Both the position numbers and the translations under genes were made by a program. Of a DNA stretch of 34,686 nt, positions 28,895 through 34,686 are shown one piece after another (the stretch's first letter is position 1; every line of letters begins with the position of its first letter). The notes beneath the pieces were generated by a model that saw nothing but the letters and a program-made list of their open reading frames with translations, had not been told where the DNA came from and did no database searches. Origin of the DNA: Verrucomicrobium spinosum (GTDB taxonomy: Bacteria; Verrucomicrobiota; Verrucomicrobiia; JADLBR01; JAIBCM01); NCBI GenBank assembly GCA_020718645.1, contig DYRQ01000012.1, forward strand, positions 1 through 34,686, in the 5' to 3' direction.

Positions 28895-30184
28895 TTAGTA
28901 GTCTGGTCTGAACGGTGCGGGAGCAGGGTGTGTTTTATTAGTGTCGGCGGGGCTGGAAATTTTTGCTTCGGCGGGGAGATGGACGGGCGGCAGGAGATCC
29001 ACGCGGCGTTTGAAAATAGGGGGCGTCGTGTCCACTATAGGTTTGGCGATAGCTTCATGGTCGAGAGGGATTACAGGGTTTTCGCTATCCTTGCGTGCGG
29101 CCATGGCAAAGATGGTAGCCGATTCTGGTGCGCCAGAGAGTTGGGCACGGTAGTCGAGCACGCCATCGCGGATGGCCGTGGCCAAGGATTGGCGGAAGGC
29201 GGTGGTAGAGATTTTTTTCGCGTCTTGCGAATTACTCACAAAGCCGCATTCGATCAAGGCAGAGGGTGAACCACTGTCTTTGAGCACCACGAAACGGGCG
29301 CGTTTGACCCCTCTGTTTTCGTTGTCGGCACCGCGGGCCATAGCCATGCGTCTTTGCAGTGAGCTAGCCAGCAAAATATTATTGCTGTCGGTGGCATGTC
29401 CCGGGAGTTGCTCGTAGTCGGTGTAGGACAGTCGGCGGGAAGAAGAGGAGGGGGTGCCTCTCGGGGAGAGCGCGTAGGATTCTACCCCCAAGGCAGAGCG
29501 GTCGCCTGAATTGAAATGGATGCTGACCATGACGCTGTTGGGGATCAGCGTGGCGATGCGGGCACGCTCTTCCAGCGGGACGAAAACGTCGCGGTTTCGT
29601 GTCATCACTACTTTGAACCCAGCAGCTTCGAGCAGGGGTTTGGATCGCTGAGCCACATCGAGCGATAGAGTTTTTTCATCAGGCGTCCAGCGGCTTTGGG
29701 CTCCGTTATCCATGCCACCGTGACCTGGGTCGAGCACGACGGTATCAAAAGTTTTGCAGCTTTTAATGGAGGACGGGCGGAGCAGGGGTTCGATCGTCCG
29801 GGAGAGATCCACCCGCGAAACCATGGCCAAGCCATCGTGTTCGAGCACGGGGAAACTGAGCCAATGTTTGACGCCGTTGATGGCGATGGTCTGGTGATCT
29901 GCCGTGATCTGGATTTCTCGTTTGCCATCGGTGAGCAAGCGAGTCGGGCCAATGCTGGTTTTTTGTCCGAGCTGATAGAACTCGGCAACCTGTTCGGCAG
30001 AGAGATACTCGCGCTCGTGAATGGTGACTAGCTTCCACTCGAATGCTTCTGCCAACTGATGCGCGAGAGCCAGTGCAGTGCAGAGGAAAATGGGGTATAG
30101 CTTTTTGGCTCGGATGTTCAAACCGGCGCAAACTGGGGCGCTGGCTACAACCGGAGTCGAGGTGGTGTGTGTAGTCTCGAACAC
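28895..30184 (-). CDS. amiC: N-acetylmuramoyl-L-alanine amidase (Amidase_3, AmiC-like) with N-terminal AMIN-like domain and Pro-rich C-terminal tail; exact start uncertain
   Basis: [15 protein letters not shown]...SIHFNSG amidase_3 zinc-ligand motifs; hydrophobic signal-like [19 protein letters not shown]. Confidence 0.85.
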   Translation of the reverse strand: MFETTHTTSTPVVASAPVCAGLNIRAKKLYPIFLCTALALAHQLAEAFEWKLVTIHEREYLSAEQVAEFYQLGQKTSIGPTRLLTDGKREIQITADHQTIAINGVKHWLSFPVLEHDGLAMVSRVDLSRTIEPLLRPSSIKSCKTFDTVVLDPGHGGMDNGAQSRWTPDEKTLSLDVAQRSKPLLEAAGFKVVMTRNRDVFVPLEERARIATLIPNSVMVSIHFNSGDRSALGVESYALSPRGTPSSSSRRLSYTDYEQLPGHATDSNNILLASSLQRRMAMARGADNENRGVKRARFVVLKDSGSPSALIECGFVSNSQDAKKISTTAFRQSLATAIRDGVLDYRAQLSGAPESATIFAMAARKDSENPVIPLDHEAIAKPIVDTTPPIFKRRVDLLPPVHLPAEAKISSPADTNKTHPAPAPFRPDY

Positions 30185-30292
30185 GCCGTGATGCTACAGG
30201 AAATGGCACCGAGGTCAAATGGTGAATGCGACCCTACCCATATTCGAGATACGCACTCGACATCACCTCCAAATTGCGGCTATAAACTGGGG

Positions 30293-31303
30293 ATGAAACG
30301 AGCATTGATCACCGGCATTACTGGCCAAGACGGTTCTTATTTGGCCGAGTTGCTGCTGGAAAAAGGTTACGAAGTCCATGGCACCATCAGGAGAGCAAGT
30401 AGTTTCAACACCTCGCGCCTCGACCACATCTACACTGACCCCCATTTCCAAGATGCCCGTCTCCGCTTGCACTACGCTGATTTGGCTGACGCGAGCAGCC
30501 TGGTGACTCTGCTCCATGAGGTGCGTCCCGACGAAATCTACAACTTGGCCGCCCAGAGCCATGTGCGTGTCAGCTACGACATTCCTGAATACACCTGCGA
30601 TGTGACAGCCATCGGCGCTATTCGTCTGCTCGAAGCCATCCGCAAATCCAAACTCGACTGCCGCTACTACCAGGCATCCAGCAGCGAGATGTTTGGTAAA
30701 GTGGTAGAGACGCCCCAGAAAGAAACCACCCCTTTCTATCCCCGCAGCCCCTACGCTTGCGCCAAGGTCTTTGCGCACTGGGCTACGGTGAACTATCGCG
30801 AGAGCTACGGCCTCTATGCTTGTAGCGGTATCCTTTTTAACCACGAATCCCCGCGCCGTGGTGAAACATTTGTCACCCGCAAAATTACCCGTGCTGTGGC
30901 CCGGATCAAAGCGGGTGTGCAGTCGGATCTTTACCTCGGCAACCTCGATGCCCGCCGCGACTGGGGCTATGCCAAAGAGTATGTCGAAGCCATGTGGCGG
31001 ATGCTCCAGCAAGATCAGGCCGATGATTATGTGATCGCCACGGGCGAGACTTATTCCGTGCGTGAATTCTTGCTCGAAGCGTTCTCCTATGTGGGGCTCG
31101 ATTGGGAAAAATATGTGAAAGTGGATCCGCGCTACTATCGCCCAGCCGAAGTGGATCTGCTGCTCGGAGACCTTTCCAAGGCCATTTCTAAACTTGGGTG
31201 GAAACCGCAGACCTCCTTCAAAAAACTCGTCCAGATCATGGTCGAGGCGGATCAAGAACTTCTCGACATCGAGTTGCACGGTTCGGCCAGAAACGGGGGT
31301 TGA
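30293..31303 (+). CDS. gmd: GDP-mannose 4,6-dehydratase
   Basis: [30 protein letters not shown] and strong overall Gmd similarity; the track ORF start at 30167 is an extension. Confidence 0.95.
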   Translation: MKRALITGITGQDGSYLAELLLEKGYEVHGTIRRASSFNTSRLDHIYTDPHFQDARLRLHYADLADASSLVTLLHEVRPDEIYNLAAQSHVRVSYDIPEYTCDVTAIGAIRLLEAIRKSKLDCRYYQASSSEMFGKVVETPQKETTPFYPRSPYACAKVFAHWATVNYRESYGLYACSGILFNHESPRRGETFVTRKITRAVARIKAGVQSDLYLGNLDARRDWGYAKEYVEAMWRMLQQDQADDYVIATGETYSVREFLLEAFSYVGLDWEKYVKVDPRYYRPAEVDLLLGDLSKAISKLGWKPQTSFKKLVQIMVEADQELLDIELHGSARNGG

Positions 31304-31310
31304 TTTTTTT

Positions 31311-32264
31311 ATGGGCTTCTGGAGTCAGCAAAAAATTCTGGTGACAGGTTCTGGCGGGTTCCTCGGTTCGCACATGCTCGAAGCTCTCGCCCATCGCGGC
31401 TGCGCTGAGATCATCACTCCCCGCAAAAAAGAGTGCGACCTCACCGATCCCGCCAGCGTTTATCAGCTCGTCGAGAGCCATGAGCCCACGCTGATCCTGC
31501 ACCTGGCCGCTATCTGCGGAGGTATCGGGGCCAACCAGAAAGAGCCCGGGCGCTATTTTTTTGAAAATGCGGTCATGGGTCTCCACCTGCTCGAAGCTGC
31601 CCGCCGATCAGGTGTGGCCAAAGTGGTGACAATCGGCACGATTTGCGCCTACCCGAAGTTTACCCCAGTTCCGTTTCACGAGGATGATTTGTGGGCGGGT
31701 TATCCCGAAGAGACCAATGCGCCTTACGGGCTGGCCAAGAAAATGCTCCTCGTCCAGTCGCAGGCTTACCGCCAGCAATACGGTTCCAACTTCGTTTATC
31801 TCCTCCCCGTCAATCTCTATGGACCGAGGGACAATTTTGATCTCGAATCCTCGCATGTCATCCCGGCGCTGATCCGCAAGATGGAAACAGCCCGCCTCAC
31901 GCACGCCCCCGAAGTGGTGCTCTGGGGCACGGGCACGGCTTCTCGGGAATTTTTCTTCGCGGGCGATTGTGCCGAAGGCATAGCTCTAGCTGCCGAACAC
32001 TACAATTCGCCCGAGCCGGTCAACTTGGGGAGCGGCTACGAAATCACCATTCGCGACTTGGCGGAGAAAATCCAAGCCATGATCGGATACGAGGGTAAAA
32101 TAATCTGGGACAGCACCAAACCCGACGGGCAACAGCGCCGCCAGCTTGATACGAGTCGTGCTGAACAATCGTTCGGTTTCCGTGCCAAGGTCGGTCTGGA
32201 CGCAGGTCTCGAGACCACGATCGCATGGTATCGCAAAAACTATCCGCAGAACTCGGGGCAATAA
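31311..32264 (+). CDS. fcl: GDP-L-fucose synthase (GDP-4-keto-6-deoxymannose 3,5-epimerase/4-reductase)
   Basis: start at [20 protein letters not shown]; [25 protein letters not shown] and SHVIPAL match Fcl. Confidence 0.88.
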   Translation: MGFWSQQKILVTGSGGFLGSHMLEALAHRGCAEIITPRKKECDLTDPASVYQLVESHEPTLILHLAAICGGIGANQKEPGRYFFENAVMGLHLLEAARRSGVAKVVTIGTICAYPKFTPVPFHEDDLWAGYPEETNAPYGLAKKMLLVQSQAYRQQYGSNFVYLLPVNLYGPRDNFDLESSHVIPALIRKMETARLTHAPEVVLWGTGTASREFFFAGDCAEGIALAAEHYNSPEPVNLGSGYEITIRDLAEKIQAMIGYEGKIIWDSTKPDGQQRRQLDTSRAEQSFGFRAKVGLDAGLETTIAWYRKNYPQNSGQ

Positions 32265-32268
32265 AACT

Positions 32269-32784
32269 ATGGCTCGCACCACCACCCCAAAAGCCGTCAA
32301 CCCTCGCGTGGGCATTATCATGGGTTCTGATTCCGACTGGGAAACTATGCAACACGCCGCGGCGACACTCGGAGAACTAGGGATCCCTTGCGAATGCGAG
32401 ATTGTCTCGGCGCACCGGACGCCCAAAAAAATGGTGGATTACGCCGAGAGTGCTGAAAAGCGGGGTATCGAAGTCATCATCGCGGGCGCAGGTGGAGCTG
32501 CCCATCTGCCGGGTATGACCGCCTCGATGACCGTGCTGCCTGTATTGGGTGTGCCGGTGCAGAGCAAGACTTTGAGCGGTCTGGATTCGTTGCTTTCTAT
32601 CGTCCAGATGCCCGCCGGAGTGCCTGTGGGCACCCTGGCCATCGGCAAAGCCGGTGCCATCAATGCCGCGCTGCTCGCCGCGAAAATCCTCGGGCTGTCC
32701 GACGCCGTTGTCCGGGAGAGAGTGCGTGATTTTCAGGAGTCTCAGACATCCGATGTCCTAGGTAGGAAACTCCCCGTTTCTTGA
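32269..32784 (+). CDS. purE: N5-carboxyaminoimidazole ribonucleotide mutase
   Basis: start at [24 protein letters not shown]; PurE core AHRTP...[14 protein letters not shown]. Confidence 0.95.
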   Translation: MARTTTPKAVNPRVGIIMGSDSDWETMQHAAATLGELGIPCECEIVSAHRTPKKMVDYAESAEKRGIEVIIAGAGGAAHLPGMTASMTVLPVLGVPVQSKTLSGLDSLLSIVQMPAGVPVGTLAIGKAGAINAALLAAKILGLSDAVVRERVRDFQESQTSDVLGRKLPVS

Positions 32785-34136
32785 AGTTGATGAATGCCCC
32801 TCTCCCCAAAGGCTCCACTATCGGCGTGGTGGGCAACGGTCAGCTTGGACGCATGTTCATCCAAGCCGCTCACCAGATCGGCTATCAGGCGTGGGTCTTT
32901 GGTCCCGGCTCGGATTCTCCCGCTGGCCAGGTGGCCGACCGCGAATTTGATGCAGATTATTCTGACACCGCGGCGCTCGACGAGTTTGCCGCCGGGGTGA
33001 AGGTGGTGACTTTTGAGTTCGAGAACATTCCGCGCGAGACGCTCGATCACTTGGCCGCCCGTGTGCCGACCTACCCTTCGCCCAATGTTTTGCACACCAC
33101 GCAGCACAGGTATCGGGAGAAGTCGTGGCTCAAGAGCAACGGCTTTCCCTTGCCCGAATTTGTGCTCGTTCGTTCCCGTTGGGAGCTGGACCAAGCGGTC
33201 GAGGACATCGGACGCCCCTGCGTGTTGAAGACAGCCTCCTTTGGCTACGATGGCAAGGGACAGAGCAAAATCGAAGTCGGCACAGACTTGGACGCGGCAT
33301 GGGACGCTCTCGGCGGCGGAGAGGCTGTGCTCGAAGAGTGGGTGTCTTACGACAAGGAATTGTCCGTGGTCTGCGCCCGCAATAGCCAGGGGCATACGCG
33401 CTGTTTTCCTGTCTGCCACAATACGCACAGCCGCCACATCCTCGCCGTGACCCAGGCTCCGGCCAATATTCCGTCCGAGATCATGCACAAGGCGCAGGCC
33501 TACGCGGTGCAGGTCACGCAGGCGCTCAAGGTAGTGGGGTTGCTGACATCGGAATTATTTCTGACAGCCGAGGGCGACATTCTTTTCAACGAACTAGCGC
33601 CGAGGCCGCACAACTCCGGGCATTTTTCCATTGATGCCTGTGACAGCAGCCAGTTTGCCCACCATGTGCTGGCAGTCACCGGACGGCCCTTGGCACCGAT
33701 CGTGCAGAAAAAGCCGGCGATGATGGTCAATCTGCTTGGCGACCTGTGGCAGTCGGGCGATCCGCCGTTGGATCAGATGGCGGCGTTGCCGGGGGCGCAC
33801 TTGCACCTTTACGGCAAAAAAGAGATGCGTGCCCGCCGCAAAGTGGGGCATTTGACAGTGTTGGGAGAGTTGCCCGACCCGCTTCGTGAAACGCTCTGGA
33901 GATTGGGCACCGACCAAGTGTTCGAAGCACCGGCGGAACTCGGATTTGCCGAGCGGCTTCAGGGCCGACTTAACCGGGTGCCATTTGCGCCGTTCGACAT
34001 CGTATTGGCTGGCGGAGAACGCTGGCGTGTGGATGCCCCGGACGCAGTGAGCCAGATGCGAGGACGGTGGTTCTATGCCGGAGCCGATGGCGTGCCGAGA
34101 GAGATACCGACAGCAGAGACACAGTTGTCAGTTTGA
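32781..34136 (+). CDS. purK: N5-CAIR synthetase (ATP-grasp) with an about 65-aa C-terminal extension; start TTG 32781 or ATG 32790
   Basis: [14 protein letters not shown]-terminus and ATP-grasp core; overlaps the purE stop. Confidence 0.9.
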   Translation: MKLMNAPLPKGSTIGVVGNGQLGRMFIQAAHQIGYQAWVFGPGSDSPAGQVADREFDADYSDTAALDEFAAGVKVVTFEFENIPRETLDHLAARVPTYPSPNVLHTTQHRYREKSWLKSNGFPLPEFVLVRSRWELDQAVEDIGRPCVLKTASFGYDGKGQSKIEVGTDLDAAWDALGGGEAVLEEWVSYDKELSVVCARNSQGHTRCFPVCHNTHSRHILAVTQAPANIPSEIMHKAQAYAVQVTQALKVVGLLTSELFLTAEGDILFNELAPRPHNSGHFSIDACDSSQFAHHVLAVTGRPLAPIVQKKPAMMVNLLGDLWQSGDPPLDQMAALPGAHLHLYGKKEMRARRKVGHLTVLGELPDPLRETLWRLGTDQVFEAPAELGFAERLQGRLNRVPFAPFDIVLAGGERWRVDAPDAVSQMRGRWFYAGADGVPREIPTAETQLSV

Positions 34137-34221
34137 ACAGGATATTTCAGGATGGTGAGAGTGAAAAAACCTCCCCCGTCCGTGTATTTCGTGTTGTCTG
34201 TGGTAAGGGAATTAGGGGTCA

Positions 34222-34236
34222 GTGTGCATAATCCTG
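34222..34236 (+). repeat. partial motif copy (GTGCATAATCCTG)
   Basis: TGCATAATCC core shared with the other copies. Confidence 0.35.
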
Positions 34237-34399
34237 CATGTTAGCGTCTGGTTCACCACGAATTTTACGAATGGCACGGATAGCAGAAAGTGGGATGGCG
34301 GGAAGTGCCTCAGATTGATTCTCCCGCAAAGTGCGCAACGAAGCAGAGGGAACGGTGGGGGGAATTTGATCCGTCCCCTGAAGGATCAACAACTTCCGT

Positions 34400-34422
34400 C
34401 TTGAACCCAGATTATGCAATTG
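34400..34422 (-). repeat. motif copy in inverted orientation (reverse complement ATTGCATAATCTGGGTTCAAG)
   Basis: 18/20 identical to the copy at 34662. Confidence 0.4.
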
Positions 34423-34661
34423 AAAACATGGGGAACTAAGGAAAGTCTGCTTTATTAGGTGGTTGAGGAGAAAACGAGCTGAAATCCAGATCACCAAAGT
34501 GGTGAACGAAATCCAGCGGAAAAACGAGCAAAGTTTTCAATCCTATCGGATAGGCGGGCAGCCTCGGCTGGTTTCTCGACGCATCTGTTTTGTTGCTCAG
34601 GGTTTGCAGTAGATTACTACAGCGGCACCCCTCGCGCCTCGCACCTGCACCCATCGCGCTC

Positions 34662-34686
34662 TATTGCATAATCCGGGTTGAAAATC
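34662..34686 (+). repeat. motif copy ATTGCATAATCCGGGTTGAAAATC (runs into the window edge)
   Basis: read directly from the sequence. Confidence 0.4.

Noticed and set aside
30185-30292. TTGC-N15-ATG spacing upstream of gmd resembling the sigma54 sites
   Set aside because: No TGGCAC at the -24 position (tcacct); likely coincidence
34276-34291. TGGCACG-gata-GCAG sigma54-like sequence in the terminal region
   Set aside because: GC dinucleotide is 2 nt too close to the GG element, with no TTGC; unlike the two perfect sites in the FHA operon
34471-34535. Direct repeats GAAAACGAGC x2 and GAAATCCAG x2 as a possible CRISPR array
   Set aside because: Repeats are only 9-10 nt, irregularly spaced and just two copies each; no cas genes; not a CRISPR array
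34137-34686. Known structured RNAs (tmRNA, RNase P, 6S, SRP RNA) in the ORF-free 3' region
   Set aside because: None of the hallmark conserved blocks (tmRNA tRNA-like ends, RNase P GGAAAGUCCGGGCUCC, SRP GGAA tetraloop domain) is present; only a loose GGAAAGTCTG resemblance

Overview
GC-rich (roughly 55-60% by eye) bacterial chromosomal window with about 39 genes. Gene content and weak or absent Shine-Dalgarno usage resemble a PVC-group (Verrucomicrobia-like) organism, but that is a guess. Housekeeping content: thiC behind a TPP riboswitch, phnA-like zinc-ribbon protein, tRNA-Gly(GCC) with a canonical sigma70-type promoter, SulP permease, ffh-rpsP-KH, rplS-rnhB-yraN, proS, rhomboid protease, pepF, AmiC-type amidase, gmd-fcl (GDP-fucose), purE-purK. 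Accessory or regulatory content: a probably 5'-truncated MCP at the left edge; a lone CheA with an atypical N-terminal extension coupled to pepF; a tightly packed murU-HAD-amgK-nagB-PIG-L amino-sugar recycling operon. The most unusual region is a 7-gene minus-strand operon at 12256..18730. It encodes a secreted protein, a lipoprotein, a canonical small FHA protein, a double-zinc-ribbon-SPFH/flotillin-like coiled-coil protein, and two tandem paralogous FHA-4TM membrane proteins with non-canonical FHA domains (one carrying an extracytoplasmic transglutaminase-like Cys-His domain), and ends with a secreted protein. Two perfect sigma54 -24/-12 matches (TGGCAC-N5-TTGC) sit exactly 15 nt upstream of the start codons of its first gene and of the SPFH gene. 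No Ser/Thr kinase, PP2C phosphatase or sigma54 enhancer-binding protein lies in the window. A roughly 20-nt motif (ATTGCATAATnnGGGWTGA) recurs in intergenic DNA, with three copies in alternating orientation inside the ORF-free terminal 550 bp. Many long antisense ORFs in the six-frame track are GC-driven artefacts.
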